From assembly GCA_964016885.1 (NCBI GenBank), contig OZ024756.1, forward strand, positions 18,786,001 to 18,850,000: DNA of 64,000 bases, written 5' to 3'. Numbering within the stretch: position 1 is the stretch's first letter; each line of letters begins with the position of its first letter. This DNA comes from Eledone cirrhosa (Eukaryota). A program made the position numbers and the translations under genes. Under the pieces are notes generated by a model. That model was not told where the DNA came from and searched no databases. It was given only the letters and a program-made list of their open reading frames with translations. Positions 1-14,379 of the stretch are shown here, piece after piece.

Positions 1-70
1 ATATATATATATATACACATATATATATATACATGTACATATATAAATATACATATATATATATATATAT

Positions 71-106
<36 letters not shown>

Positions 107-185
107 AAATACATATATTTATATACACATACACATATACATGCATATGTATGTATGTATATATATATGTGTATATATATATATA

Positions 186-380
186 TAACGAAGGAAATGT
201 AGTAAGGAACCAGGTGGACCATAACGCACCAAAGTACTCAATACTTGAGGTAGTAGAGTGGGTAATAGGAACCAGTAAGACCCCGACAGCTGAGCTCAAG
301 CCGTTTCGACGGCTAATTCAGTCCAGAATTAGCCGTCGAAACGGCTTGAGCTCAGCTGTCGGGGTCTTACTGGTTCCTAT
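186..380. mobile_element. (TA)n-embedded fold-back element, family A; each arm carries the 3' half of a hammerhead (GAAA-CGGC..GCTG-TC-GGGGTC)
   Basis: Perfect 55-bp inverted arms 265-319/326-380, flanked by TA repeats. Related copies at 7652-7778, 16472-16550, 26211-26290, 29778-30010, 42410-42605, 43390-43490, 50336-50496 and 54588-54775. Confidence 0.75.
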
Positions 381-489
381 ATATATATATATATATATAT
401 ATAGTACGTTATTCCGGGTTGAATCGGAGGTAACCACAGTAAGTAAGGTACTCAATACATTGCAGAGTATAAAAGTTTTAATATAGATG

Positions 490-540
490 AGATTCTACAG
501 GACTAGAACTGTTTCATTCTTTAGAAATCATCAGGAATCT
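490..540 (-). ncRNA. Type I hammerhead ribozyme (family B)
   Basis: Minus strand reads AGATTC-CTGATGA-T-TTC/TAAA/GAA-T-GAAA-CAG/TTCTAGTC/CTG-TA-GAATCT: 6-bp stem I, complete core, GUA cleavage triplet. An inverted copy with truncated stem I follows at 541-586 (+). Confidence 0.8.
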
Positions 541-729
541 CCTGATGATTTCTAAAGAATGAAACAGTTCTAGTCCTGTAGAATCTCATCTATATATATA
601 TATATATATATATACACAGCACAAACAATCAACAAACGGAAGGCAGATAAACTAGAATTCGTCTGCTGTGCTAGTCTATGAAGTTTAAGTATATTTCAAG
701 GAGGCAAGATGGCCGACTGATGGATGTGT

Positions 730-1300
730 ATGTATGTATATGTATGTGTGCTTGCGGGTATGTGTGTGTAAATATATATGTATGTATCTGTGGGTGAATG
801 AGGTATGTATGATTCGCGTTCTAAAATCTCTATGTTCGTATACACACACACACATACACACATGTATATGTGTATGTATGTATGTATGTATGTATGTATG
901 TATGTATGTATGTATGTATGTATGTATGTATGTATGTATGTACGTTCGTACGTACGTACGTACGTATGTATGTATGTATGTATGTATGTATGTATGTATG
1001 TATGTATGTATGTATGTTTGTATGTATACACACAGTTATAATAACAAAAGACATACACACACATACATGCTATCATGCGAATACTTATGTGTGTGTTTGG
1101 GTGTATGTATCTATGTATGTGAGTGTGCGTGTGTATATATATGCTTGTATATGTGTATATGTATGCATATGTGAGTTTGTATGTATTTATGTGTGAGTAT
1201 ATATATATATGCTTGTATATGTGTGAGTTTGCATGTATGTATGTGTATGTATGCATGTATGTGTATGTGTGTATGTATGTGTATGTGTGTATGTATGTGT
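730..1300. repeat. (TATG)n/(TG)n microsatellite field
   Basis: Direct reading; it explains the YVCM/HTYI ORFs. Confidence 0.9.
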
Positions 1301-1529
1301 GTGTTTATGACTTGAGTGTTAAAAGCTATGTTTTCATATACATAATATTTATATATGGTCTGTGTTGATGTACAGGTGTGTGTGTGTGTGTGTGTGTATG
1401 TGGTATGTGTGTATGTGTGTGTGTGTGGTATGTGTGTGTGTTTGTCTGTGTTGGTATGTGATAAAAATAGAAATGGTAAAAAGGAAGGAAAAGAGAGAGA
1501 ATAAGAGAACTGGCGTAGTGAAGAGGGGG

Positions 1530-1574
1530 CGAGAGGGAGAGAGAGAGAGAGATGCCGTGATATCTATCTATCTA

Positions 1575-1646
<72 letters not shown>

Positions 1647-2510
1647 TAAAGTGAGAGAGAGAGAGAGAGTGAGATAGATAGAATGAGAGAGAGGAGAGAT
1701 AGCGTGAGAGATAAAAATAGAGTGAGAGAGATAAAGAGAGATACCGTGAGAGAGAGATAAAGAGAGAGAGAAGGAGAGAGAGAGATAATGTGAGAGAGAA
1801 GGAGAGAGATAGCGTGAGAGAGAAGGAGAGAGAGAGATAGCGTTAGAGATAAAGAGAGAGAGAGAGATAAAGAGAGATACTGTGAGAGAGAGAGAGATGC
1901 CGCGAGAGATAAAGAGAGAGAGAAGGAGAGAAAGAGATAACGTGAGAGAGAAGGAGGGAGATAACGTGAGAGAGAAGGAGGGAGATAGCGTGAGAGATAA
2001 AGAGAGAGAGAGAGTGAGAGAGATAAAGAGAGATACCGTGAGAGAGAGAGATGCCGCGAGAGATAAAGAGAGAGAGAAGGAGAGAGAGAGATAACGTGAG
2101 AGAGAAGGAGAGAGAGAGTGAGAGAGATAAAGAGAGATACCGTGAGAGAGAGAGATGCCGCGAGAGATAAAGCGAGAGAGAAGGAGAGAGAGAGAGAACG
2201 TGAGAGAGAAGGAGAGAGAGAGAGAGATAAAGAGAGATACCATGAGAGATAAGAGAGAGAGAGCGAGAAAGAGAGGGGGGGATAGTGTGAGAGATAAAGA
2301 GAAAGAAGGGAAGAGGAAGATAAAGAGAAAGAATGTGAATGAGAGAAGGAAATGGAATAGAAGGTAGGCATAGTGAAGAAGAGAGAGAGAGAGAAACAGC
2401 GATGGAGTCATGATGAAGAGAGTGAGAGCGACAGAAAGAGAGAGAGAGAGAAAGAGAGAGAGAGTGAAAGAGAGAGAGAGTGAAAGAGAGAGAGAAAGAG
2501 AGAGAAACAC
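1530..2510. repeat. (GA)n-rich compound repeat
   Basis: GA tracts with recurring gataaagagagatac/gatgccgcgag interruptions. Confidence 0.9.
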
Positions 2511-2621
2511 TGAACAGGTACAATATGGTGGAGTGATGATGAAAAGGGAAAATTCTGTTTATTCATTAGCATCCCGAACCTGCCAACAGAAGGTGTGTGT
2601 ATATATTACTGATTATATGAT

Positions 2622-2658
<37 letters not shown>

Positions 2659-2947
2659 GTATTTACGTAATCACACACACAATTATAAATGATATATATA
2701 TATATAATTATAGTAATATAACTATTCATAACAATATAATGCAAGATGATGTCGGCTACCGCAGGTTTCCTACTTGAATAAATCATTTTATTACAGCAGG
2801 TCTTCATGCTTACAAAAGAGTGATCATGAGAAAACATAGACGTATGAAACACGTATATATATATATATATATACACATATATATATATATATATATAATT
2901 CAATTGATATTAAATAAATGGAAACTATATTTATAAAACCATATTTA

Positions 2948-3005
2948 TTCTATTATATATATTTCAAGGGTACCAAAAATTTTGGTACACTATCATCAGA
3001 TAAAA
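2948..3005 (-). ncRNA. Type I hammerhead (family C), within a TA-embedded module at about 2900-3100
   Basis: TTTTAT-CTGATGA-..GTACCAAAA/TTTTGGTAC..-GAAA-TATATA-TA-ATAGAA; palindromic stem III. Confidence 0.65.
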
Positions 3006-3150
3006 TACAAAATGTTTTATAAATATTTGACATAACCAAGGATGATATATCTTAACGGTTCAAGTTATCCCTGGAAACTCGAGTGCTTTGAACCAGTTGT
3101 AAACATCTATATATGTATATATATAATATATATATAGATAGACAGATAAC

Positions 3151-5220
3151 TTTCTTTTTATTTGCCACCAGGGCGTCAAAGAGTGGGAAAAGTACAATGG
3201 GGGAGTTTACATAAAAAGGCGTCCTCACTCACTAAGGAGGAGGCAATAACTCAAATATAAAAATATAAGATATATAAAATATAACAAAAATAAATTGAAT
3301 AACAAAATCCTCAATAGGGAGGAGGCGCCTTGGGGGGTCGCACACAGCCCCGAAAAAGTGTGCAACCCTTCTTCTCAGGAGCACAAAGAGAGGGTGCTCC
3401 CTTGATCTTTCATCTTTCTCACCTACAGTCTGATGTAGAGTGAAGACCCATTCACACGGGCCATTCTCGCCACTTTCACCCATCTTTCATAAAAACGGCT
3501 GGGGTGCAGTACCGTTCTCTCCATCCTGATCCTTCTTCCGAAATGATATCGGAAGAAACGGACCAGTTGTTGGCCAGAGAGAAAGGTGTCTGACCTCAGT
3601 CCTTTCAGACGCGTCCACCATACAACCTCTTTCGCCATGGCTATTACGCACAGAAACACCGCCTCTCCTTCGTTTTTGAAGAGGGGATGCGGCTTGATCG
3701 TTACAATAGACTCGGTGGTCAACCGGATCGGTCCCACCCGTGACAGCAGTCGTTCGATATAGCCCCACAGATCGGCAATGCCCGAGCAGTGTACCAATGC
3801 GTGTGCAACGGTTTCCTCGTCGCACACGCATCTGGTACAGATCTTTTTCGAGGGGTCCCTACCCGGGCGCCCGTGTCTGTAGAGCCTTTCTCGAACGGGC
3901 AGAGCCCCTCGGTAGCACTGCCAGGCCAGGGAGCTCTGGAAGTTATCCATAGGTCCCGGGCTGAATGTCCTACCGAACAGGCTGGCCAGTTCGTTTTCCT
4001 CCATGTCTAGGGCTTCTCCGAGGGCGTCGTCGCACCTGCTAACCACCAGCCCTCTATAGAATGACGAGGTGGATTCTCCACTGACAGCCGGGTCCGCCTG
4101 CCAGAGAGCCATGAGCGCCTGGGCACAGGCGCCCAGTTTTCTCGGTCTTTGCTTGACCCAGGATTGCAGCTCAGTGAGCGAGACGAGTCTGGGAAAGGCT
4201 CGCCTCACAAACGGGGCCCACACCGGTTGACCGGTGAGGAATACCTGGAGGTGCCGTAGCCTTAATGCGTGTTTGCGCATCATCAGCCACGGCATCCCCA
4301 GCCCTCCTTTCGAAGGGTGTTGACAGCAGATGGATCACCATAGGAGCCCGCTTCTTCCAAAGGAATTGGAAGAATGTGCGCTCCATTTTGGCGAGCGTTT
4401 CCCTTGGGCAAGGCACGACGGTCAGGCAGTAGTAGATGACGGACGCTATATAAGTGTTCGCCACCTCCGCCCGACCTTTCAGGGACAGTTTGCACTCGGC
4501 CCACTTCTGGGTCAGTGCAAACACCCTGTTCGTTACCTCACCCCAGTTCTTCTGCACCTGGAGGTCTGGTCCGAACCAGACCCCGAGCAACTTCACCGGG
4601 CCCTCCGTCCAGCACCCGACGACGCCATCGGAGGGCATCGATCTGCCCCTCCGCGTGCCGAGTTGCAGAGCGATCGACTTGTCCCAGTTCAGCTTAGCCC
4701 CTGTAAACCTTTCGTACTCCTCTAGTAAGGTGCTGATCGCCCCGATTTCCGAGGCCGTTGACACCATTACTGTTACGTCATCGCCGTAGGCCGACACCGC
4801 TTTCCGCAATCCCAGTTCCAACGGGATGCCCTGCGACAACTCCAACTTCCGCAGCAGTGACTCTAGAGTCACTACATACAGAAGGGAGGAGAGAGGGCAC
4901 CCTTGACGGATGGACCGCGTGATTTCGAACGGCTCCGAGAGGTAGCCGTTCACCTTGACCCTAGAGCAGATGCGGCTGCTGTGCATGGCAGTGATCCAGC
5001 CCCTGAAAACGGGTCCGAAGCCTGCCGCCGCTAAGACCGCGTCCAGGTAACCATGGTCGACCCTATCGAACGCCTTAGATTGATCCAAGTTGATCAGGGC
5101 CCCACCAAAGCCGGGTTCGTTCCCAACCCTCTCTATGATGTATCGCATGAGGTAGAGGTTGTCGTGGATGGACCTGGACGGGATAGCACATGTCTGCGCA
5201 TCTCCCATTAGGTTGCCCAC
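3151..5220 (-). mobile_element. 5'-truncated Tx1/L1-clade non-LTR retrotransposon (RT, zf-RVT and 3' UTR), frameshifted, flanked by GATA repeats
   Basis: ORF 4171-5337 has RT motifs LDQSKAFDRVDH, IRQGCPLS, AYGDD and KLLGV. A frameshift near 4300-4330 leads into ORF 3423-4295 with CTRC..EETVAHALVHC. Homology starts at about 5220, next to (GATA)n. Confidence 0.9.
3423..5210 (-). pseudogene. Disrupted LINE ORF2 (reverse transcriptase plus C-terminal zinc-binding domain)
   Basis: Two overlapping ORFs in different frames; no endonuclease domain; the N-terminal part of the called ORF is microsatellite. Confidence 0.85.
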
Positions 5221-5589
5221 ATAGATAGATGGATAGATAGATATAGATATATTGACAAAGCAAGCGTTTGCTTTGAAGAGGGCGAGCGAAGTTTGAAATT
5301 TAGTAGAAAGAGAACCCTCTAAAATTTCTTTAGTCAAAATACGGCGGAAGCTTCTATTTCTACTAAATTTATATATAAAAAACGATGAAGTTTCGTTGCC
5401 ATGTTTTTATTGATTATCGATCTCTTGCGTACGTTTTACAGTTGATTGACTCAATTTAAACTCTGGATGTTATGGACCCGACTTCAGTATCGATCTACAC
5501 AAACCCAGACACACGTAATTAAATGGCGCAACACATTTTGTCCGACGCTCTAACGATTCTGCCATGACGCCGCCCTAATGGGTACTTGA

Positions 5590-6209
5590 TAATGTTTCTG
5601 ATTAAGGAAATAATTTTGGAGGAAGGGGAATGTCGATTAAATCGACCCCAGTGCGTCACTGGTACATTATTTTATCGATCTCGTAAGGATGAAAAGCAAA
5701 GTTAACTTCAGCGGAATTTGAAGTCACAACGTAAAGGGCCATTACTCCATATCACAAAACATGTCCGACGCTTTACCGATACTGCCAAATAATAATGGTT
5801 TCTGATTTAGGCACAAAGCCAACAACTTTAGGGGAGGGAAAAGTCGATTAAATCGGCCCCATTGTATTACTGGTACTTTATTTTATCGACCCCGTAACGA
5901 CGAAAGGCAAAGTTAACCTCGGCGGGATTTGAACTCAGACCGTAAAAGAGCCATAACTCGATGCCGCAAAGCATGGTGTCCGACTCTTTACCGATACTAT
6001 CAATTATGTGTTAGAATATTGGTATCTTATATAGGCACAAGGCCAGCAATTTGGGGGGGGGGGGGAAGTAGATTAAATCGACCCCAGTGCGTGACTGGTA
6101 CTTTATTTTGTCGACCCCGTAAGGATGAGCAGGATTTGAAAACAGAACGCAAAAAGGCCGTAACTCTCTGCAACAAAGCATGTTGTCCGACGCTCTACTC
6201 ATTTTGCCG
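5590..6209 (-). mobile_element. Three tandem copies of a tRNA-derived SINE (family 1)
   Basis: Copies at about 5590-5787, 5789-6003 and 6010-6209 share a B-box-like gttcaaatcc and the central gcctttcatccttacggggtcgataaaataaagtaccag with the copy at 57088-57315. Confidence 0.8.
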
Positions 6210-6884
6210 AATGTACCGTCCGTAATGGATGCTTAATAGAATGAAATAAAATCAGATATAAGTATATTATATTTGCAGAAATCGTGACGTGTTTCAAGGA
6301 ACGATAACTCAGCATGACGCCTCGCTCTCTCACCTTTCTAGCTATGTATCTTTTATGTATGAATAAAAATATTAATGTGAATATAATTAAGTATGAGTGT
6401 GTGTATATGTCTGTGTGTGAGCGTGTGTGTGCGGGCGTGTGTGTGTGTGTGTGCGGGCGTGTGTGTTTTTAGGTTTAACAACATTAATTACACTTCTCAA
6501 AGGTAATTTGACACTACACGACGTATTTTATAGTTCTAATCATGTACATACATATACACACATACATACATAGGTACGTACATACATACACGTGCATACA
6601 GTCATACATATATACATACATGCACATATGCATGCATTCATATATATATATACACATACATGCACGCATGCATACACACTTGAATACATACATGCATGCA
6701 CACATATGTACATACATACATACATAGGTACCTAATCCATATATGCATTCACACATACATACATACAACATACATACATAAGCACATATATACATACACA
6801 CATACATACAAACATACACATACATACATACATACATACATACATACATACATACATACATACATACATACATACATACATACA

Positions 6885-7287
6885 TGGTGGCTGCCAACTC
6901 GTTTTCGAGTACGGCCACTACTTTATATCCATGTAGGAGAACCCCTACCGATGCGCTGAACGAGTGTGACTTTTTAGTCCAGCCAGCGACTTGAAAACTC
7001 TGGTACAAACACTACACTTGTGACAATTACTGACACATAGTGCTGCGCCCATGGTACCATGTGACGACAAGTGCAGAGAGATCTCCAGATATAAAGCAAT
7101 GCCTGTGCCGTGAAGCTTTTATAGTGAGCAAAGGCACTGCACAAAGCCAGTCCCACTCTCTTAACCAAGATGATATTTACCAAAAAGAAGAACAAGTCAA
7201 CATCATTGGATACCATCAGGGTTGCAGGTGTTATATCAGAGTTTTCCTTCTCCTAGAATTCTGCCTTGACAAAGGCTAAGGGGTCAT
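6885..7287 (-). mobile_element. Interspersed repeat, possibly the 5' region of an RTE-type LINE
   Basis: Near-identical to 54788-55150, with a fragment at 21345-21491. Minus-strand ctaggagaaggaaaactctga resembles RTE 5' UTRs (from recall). Confidence 0.5.
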
Positions 7288-7596
7288 ACATACATACATA
7301 TATACATGCTCTGTTAGTAAACATCTAAGTAGAAATCTCCAATCGCAAGGGTTTCTCCAGCCAAAGGAGGTGACCAGTTGACACTACAATATAATTTGTA
7401 AGCAGAACAATAAAAATATGCAAGATTTTCTAAGGTTCGACATAGAATTCGTATCGTTTTCATCTAAATTCCAACTCCAGAGTTATGGTTCTTTGTTAGA
7501 AACCAACTCTTTCTTTAGAGGAAGAATTCAACTAATGAAAGATGAAAGATAACAAACAAACATACACATACATACATACATACATACATACATACA

Positions 7597-7630
<34 letters not shown>

Positions 7631-7775
7631 CACACACACATATATATATAGTTGTCGAAACGGCTTGAGCTCTGCCGTCGGGGTTTAACTTTTTCCTATT
7701 ACCCACTCTACTACCCTAAGTATTGAGTACTCTGGTGCGTTATGGTCCATCTAGTTCCTTACCACACCTCCTTCG

Positions 7776-7811
<36 letters not shown>

Positions 7812-7819
7812 CGAAGCTC

Positions 7820-7871
<52 letters not shown>

Positions 7872-7875
<4 letters not shown>

Positions 7876-8022
7876 GAGCTTCTACAGGACTAGAACTGTT
7901 TCTGATGAGTTTTTTACGAATGAAACAGTCCTGTAGAAGCTCTTCTATATTAAAACTTTTATACTCTGATATGTATTGAGTACTTTACTTACTGTGGTTA
8001 CCTCCGATTCAACCCGGAATAA

Positions 8023-8023
<1 letters not shown>
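7872..8023 (+). mobile_element. Family B HHR module with fold-back, in (TA)n
   Basis: ctgatga..gaatgaaacagtcctgtagaagc, preceded by an inverted copy of its 3' part; the downstream sequence is the reverse complement of 405-485. Confidence 0.6.
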
Positions 8024-8067
<44 letters not shown>

Positions 8068-8649
8068 ATAATAATAAATTTGAAGACTAAAATCCAAAGA
8101 GGGCTCGATAAGGATAAATATATATCAAATATATAGAACCGTAGAGCAAATATTTATTAAAATAACAGATTAAAGTTTAAGCAAAGAATCGCTGCTTTCA
8201 CCCTTAACGGGATCTTCTGAATATATATATATGTATGTGTGTGTGTCTACCTGTTTCTCTACGCTTCTATGTAGACGCACAAACACACACATACACATTT
8301 GTATATATAAGCATATAGAGAATGTTACACGTGTATGTGTGTGATTATCTTATACTCACACACACACATATGTAAATATAAATATACAGAGAATGTTACA
8401 CGTGTGTGTGTGATTATCTTATACACACACACACACACACGTACATATGTAGATATAAACATACAGACAATGTTACACACACGTGTGTGTGTGTGTGTGT
8501 ATCTACCTGTTTATCTACGCTTACATGTAGACACGCACACACACATGTCTAACATTTTATCTATGTTCACACACACACACACACACACAAACAGATGTGT
8601 ATACAAGTACATAACAGGAATAAACATATGCTCACACATACCTACCATA

Positions 8650-8703
<54 letters not shown>

Positions 8704-9000
8704 GACTGGAGATTACAAAGCTAACGAAATACTAAAAGAATGAACGCATGCGCATCTGCATCCGTGAGCCATGATTCAACGCCTGTTGCAAGCAGTAACA
8801 GTGTGAGGCAGCCCAGAACAGAATGGAAGGTGGTAAATGGCTTTGTGAGTTGGGGGCCAATGATTAGGAAGGGTTCCTTCTATTCTGAAGGAGCCTATTC
8901 CCCTTGTTAGAAGCAAAGGGAGAGGCGGTTTGTCAAAAATTATCGTTTTTTTAATAAATCGTTCTAGTTATTTTTGTACATGGTATAAATATATTTCTAT

Positions 9001-9165
9001 AGGGTGACGAATTGGCAGAATCGTTAGAACGTCGGATAGAATGCTTTGCAGTATTCGTTCCGGATTTAGGCTGTCTGGGTTTAAACTCTTCAGAGGTCGA
9101 CTTTGCATTTCATCCATTCGAGGTCGATAAAAAAAAGTACCAGTCTAGTACTGGGGTCGATTCTT
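9001..9165 (+). mobile_element. tRNA-derived SINE related to family 1
   Basis: tggcagaatcgttag head and tttcatccattcgaggtcgataaaaaaaagtaccag central domain. Confidence 0.7.
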
Positions 9166-9495
9166 CCTCGATATCTCTTTCTCACTTCCATTCTCCCACC
9201 TTCTCTTTCCTTCTCAGAAAGAAATCTGCTGCATTTAGGCCTGGAGAGGAAATGGGATCCGCCAGGTTTTAAAACGCCTAAGAAACGCCGTAAGCCTACA
9301 CGGCGTCGCTACAACACCCCCAGGGATTACAGAACCGTGCATGCATGTATTTTTATATAAACCGTAACCCATACATAAGTCATATCTATTTAACACTGAT
9401 TACTAAAATACTTAATGAGTAGTTTGAAATGGAGCTTACATTTTCCATGTCAGCTCAAGGATGAGGGGGGGGGGGGGTACCGGTGTTTCACATAT

Positions 9496-10400
9496 GTCCC
9501 AGACCTATTACCAGATGAAAAGAGGCCTAAATATTACATCTGTCCTGGACCAATAACCAGATGAAAAGAGGCCTAAATATTACATCTGGCCTGGACCAAT
9601 AACCAGATGAAAAGAGGCCTTCATTCCACATCTGTCTCGAACCTATTACCAAATGAAAAGAGGCCTACATATTACATCTGGCCTGAGTTTATTACCAGGT
9701 GAAAAGAGACATATATTACACATCTGGCCTGGATTTATTACCAGATGAAAAGAGGCCTACATATTACATCTGGCCTGGATTTAATACCAGATGAAAAGAG
9801 ACATATATTACACATCTGGCATGGGTCTATTACCAGATGAAAAGAGGCCCGTATTACACATCTGGTCTAGATTTATCACCAGATGAAAAGGGGCCTACAT
9901 ATTACATCTGGCCTGAGTCTATTACCAGATAAAAAGAGGCCAACATATTACATCTGGCCTGGGTTTATTACCAAATGAAAAGAGACATATATTACACATC
10001 TGGCCTGGATTTATTACCATATGAAAAGAGGCCTACATATTACATCTGGCTTGGACTTATTACCAGATGAAAAGAGACATATATTACACATCTGGCCTGG
10101 ATCTATTACCAGATGAAAAGAGGCCTGTATTACACATCTGGCCTGGATTTATCACCAGATGAAAAGAGGCCTACATATTACATCTGGCCTGAGTCTATTA
10201 GCAGATGAAAAGAGGCCTACATATTACATCTGGCCTGGATTTATTACCAGATGAAAAGAGGCCTATATATTACATCTGGCCTGAGTCTATTACCAGATAA
10301 AAAGAGGCCTACATATTACATCTGGCCTGGGTTTATTACCAGATGAAAAGAAGCCTACATTTCACCTCTGGCTCAGAGATATTCCCAGATTTAAAAAAAA
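9496..10400. repeat. 46-bp minisatellite, about 19 copies
   Basis: Unit tattaccagatgaaaagaggcctacatattacatctggcctggatt; ccagatg recurs at 9511, 9557 ... 9741, 9787. Confidence 0.9.
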
Positions 10401-10699
10401 AAACTACATTATACACAGACTGGGCCTATTACCGAGTGAATCAAGACTTGCGATTCACACCTGGTCTGTTACTACCAACTTTAGGCGAGCCAGGTCTGAG
10501 GTAACACTGAAGAAGGAGAAGAAATCTGACGTCAGGTGAAGCCGAGTATTCAACGTTGGGGTAGGAGGTGGAGTACATCCGCCTGCCGTTACCGTCATTT
10601 TTCTAAGAAACGCTATTCTAGCTACACACTCCCACCTTCTCCTCATTGACACCCCTCCTCCAGAAACTAGACACCCCTCCCTCCAGACTTCTGTTACAA

Positions 10700-12730
10700 C
10701 AACCATTCCCGCCACCACCACCACCACCACCATCACATATGCCATCAGCAGCCATACCACTACCATCATCACTGCCACCACAATTACCGCCACAACCACT
10801 GTGTACATCCCCATCTACACCACCACCACCACCACCACCACCACCACATCCACCATCAGCAGCCGTACCATCGCCACCACCACCACCACCACCACCACCA
10901 TTACTACTATCACTGCCATCGCCACCACCACCATAACTACTATCGCCACCACCACCACCACCACCACCACCACCATAACTACTATCGCCACCACCACCAC
11001 CACCACCACCACCATAACTACTATCGCCACCACCACCACCACCACCACCATAACTACTATCGCCACCACCACCACCACCATCACTACTATCACCACCATC
11101 GCCACCACCACCACCACCATAACTACTATCACCACCACCACCACCACCATTACTACTATCACCACCACCACCACCACCATTACTACTATCACCGCCACCA
11201 CCACCGCCATTACTACTATCACCGCCACCACCACCACCATTAATACTATTACCACCACCACCACCACCATTACTACTATTACCACCACCACCACCACCAT
11301 TACTACTATCACCACCACCACCACCACCACCACCATTACTACTATTACCACCACCACCACCACCATTACTACTATCACCACCACCACCACCACCACCATT
11401 ACTACTATTACCACCACCACCACCATCATTACTACCATCACCGCCACCACCACCACCATTACTACCATCACCACCACCACCACCACCATCACTACTATCA
11501 CCACCACCACCACCACCACCACCACCATCACCGCCACCACCACCACCTACACCATACCCATGCAACCGCCTACACACCGCTACCGAAAATAACCACAACC
11601 CCCGCCCCCCCCAACCCACTCCCCACCAACACCAACATCATCATCACCAACTGCAGCACCAACAATACATCCATCTTCCAACGGTACCACCACCGTCACA
11701 GCCACCGCTAGAACGCCAGGCGTTCCTACACCCCTCCCCCCTCCACACACACATACACACACACACCGCCATCACCACCATCATCACCATTAACACCAAC
11801 AGCACCACCACTACCAACAACAGCAACACCAACAATAGCACAACAACACCAATACCAACACCAACACTACCAACACCAACAACAACAACAACACCAACAC
11901 CACCACCAACAACAACAACAACACCACCAACAACAACAACAACAATAACGCCCCATCCATCTTCCAGCGGTACCACCGCCATCACCGCCGTCACCGCCGT
12001 CACAGCCACCGCTAGAACGCCAGGCGTTCCTTCCTCGACTCTCCCACACACACACCAGCACCACCACAAACAACACCACCACCACCACCACAAACACCAC
12101 CACCACCAACAACAACAACAACACCAACAACAACAACAACACCAACAGCGGTACCACCACCGCCACAGCCACCGCTAGTACGCCAGGCATCCCCCCCCCT
12201 CTACACACCACCTCCACCAACAACAACAACACCAACAACACCACCAACAGCACCAACAACACCAACAACACCACCAACAACACCACCAACAACACCGACA
12301 CCTCCATCCATCTTCCAGCGGTCCCACCGCCGTCCCAGCCACCGCTAAAACGCCAGGCGTTCATCCCCCCCCCCCACACACACACCGCCAACAGCAACGA
12401 CGACACCACCACCACCACCAACAACACCGACACCTCCATCCATCATCCAGCCGTCCCAGCCACCGCTAAAACGCCAGGCGTTCCTTCACCCCCCCCCCCC
12501 CCCCCACACACACACACCGCCAACAGCAACGACGACACCACCACCACCACCAACAACACCGACACCTCCATCCATCATCCAGCCGTCCCAGCCACCGCTA
12601 AAACGCCAGGCGTTCCTTCCCCTTCCTCCCACCCCCACACACACACACACCGCCAACAGCAACGACGACACCACCACCACCACCAACAACACCAACAACA
12701 ACATAATAATACCCCCCCCCCCCCATCCAA
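10700..12730. repeat. (ACC)/(AAC)-rich low-complexity array with a recurring cagccaccgcta..cgccaggcgttc unit
   Basis: Trinucleotide-periodic repeats; the higher-order unit recurs near 11700, 12004, 12166, 12336, 12457 and 12589. Confidence 0.85.
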
Positions 12731-12853
12731 CTTCTTCCAGCGGTACCATATTACGTGTTTGGCAACGTTCCTCCATATATGGTGGTATAGAAGGAAGAAG
12801 AACTAGTTCAATATTTTCTCTCTACTCTACAGCAGAACAAACAAACCTGATTC

Positions 12854-12899
<46 letters not shown>

Positions 12900-13217
12900 C
12901 TCTCTCTCTCTCTGCTGATGATATTAGCAACACATCGCCAAGATATGCAGCTATGAGAAATAGGTGGAAACGTTAAGACGTGCGGCGAGAGACGTACGTG
13001 AATTTTATAGAGAGACAGAGCTATACTTACTCGTCAGATAGTCAGCAGTGAAGACATTCTCAGATTATATATATATATATATATTTATATATTTATATAT
13101 ATATATATATATTTATTTATATATTTATATATATATATTTATTTATATATATATATTTTTATATATTTATATATTTATATATATATATATTTATATATAT
13201 ATATATTTATATATATA

Positions 13218-13265
<48 letters not shown>

Positions 13266-13407
13266 GGAGGTGAGTTTTATTGTAGTACAATAAAGCAATG
13301 CAGATATCGGATAAGAAGCACTCTACAGTTTGTAGGACTGGAGTATATGTTGATTTAAAACTGCACTATCCACAAGTGTTTTTTAGCCTTCATATCATGT
13401 CCTCCTG

Positions 13408-13474
13408 TTTTATCTGATGAAAACACAAATATTATTGCATGATGATGTTTGTATTTGAAATGCGCATAATAAAA
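13408..13474 (+). ncRNA. Type I hammerhead (family D)
   Basis: TTTTAT-CTGATGA-AAAC-ACAAATATTATT/GCAT/GATGATGTTTGT-ATTT-GAAA-TGCGCA-TA-ATAAAA; palindromic stem III ATGCGCAT; AUA triplet. Confidence 0.8.
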
Positions 13475-13504
13475 TACATGGAACTCCTTTAACCATCTTT
13501 TGAT

Positions 13505-13636
<132 letters not shown>

Positions 13637-13763
13637 TGAGGTTATATTTAATTTGTTGGGATTCAACAAGCTTAAACAATTTTATAACTGATATAAAGCA
13701 CTCAACAGCTAGTGGAGTAAATATTCAATATAAATGGAAACTATATTTATAAAACCATAATTA

Positions 13764-13826
13764 TTTTATTATATATATTTCAGGGGCAACCAAGGCAAAA
13801 ATATGGTGCGCTTTCATCAGATAAAA
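13764..13826 (-). ncRNA. Type I hammerhead (family C)
   Basis: TTTTAT-CTGATGA-AAGCGCACCA..TGGTTGCCCCT-GAAA-TATATA-TA-ATAAAA. Confidence 0.65.
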
Positions 13827-13914
13827 TACAGATTTGTTTTATAAATAAATATTGACATACCCGGAATAAAAGACGACCTTAACGGTTGAAGTTCCCTGGA
13901 TCTTCTTTTGACAC

Positions 13915-14069
13915 AAAACCAACAATTACCCCAGTGCATTACTGGTACTTTATTTTATCGACTCCGTAAGGACGAAACACAAAGTTAACTGTGGCGGGAT
14001 TTGAACTCACACCGTAAATGGGGGTAACTCTATGCTGCAAAGCATGGCGTCAGACCCTCTACCGATACT

Positions 14070-14072
<3 letters not shown>
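13915..14072 (-). mobile_element. SINE family 1
   Basis: Same head and central domain as 57088-57315. Confidence 0.75.
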
Positions 14073-14165
<93 letters not shown>

Positions 14166-14171
14166 CATATT

Positions 14172-14237
<66 letters not shown>

Positions 14238-14246
14238 CATATATAC

Positions 14247-14379
<133 letters not shown>

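Noticed and set aside
5221-5337. N-terminal extension of the RT ORF
   Set aside because: It lies outside the LINE homology and crosses a GATA repeat, so it is chance read-through.
12910-12980. CTGATGA ... GAAACGTTAAGA
   Set aside because: Stem I and stem II cannot be paired convincingly next to the core.
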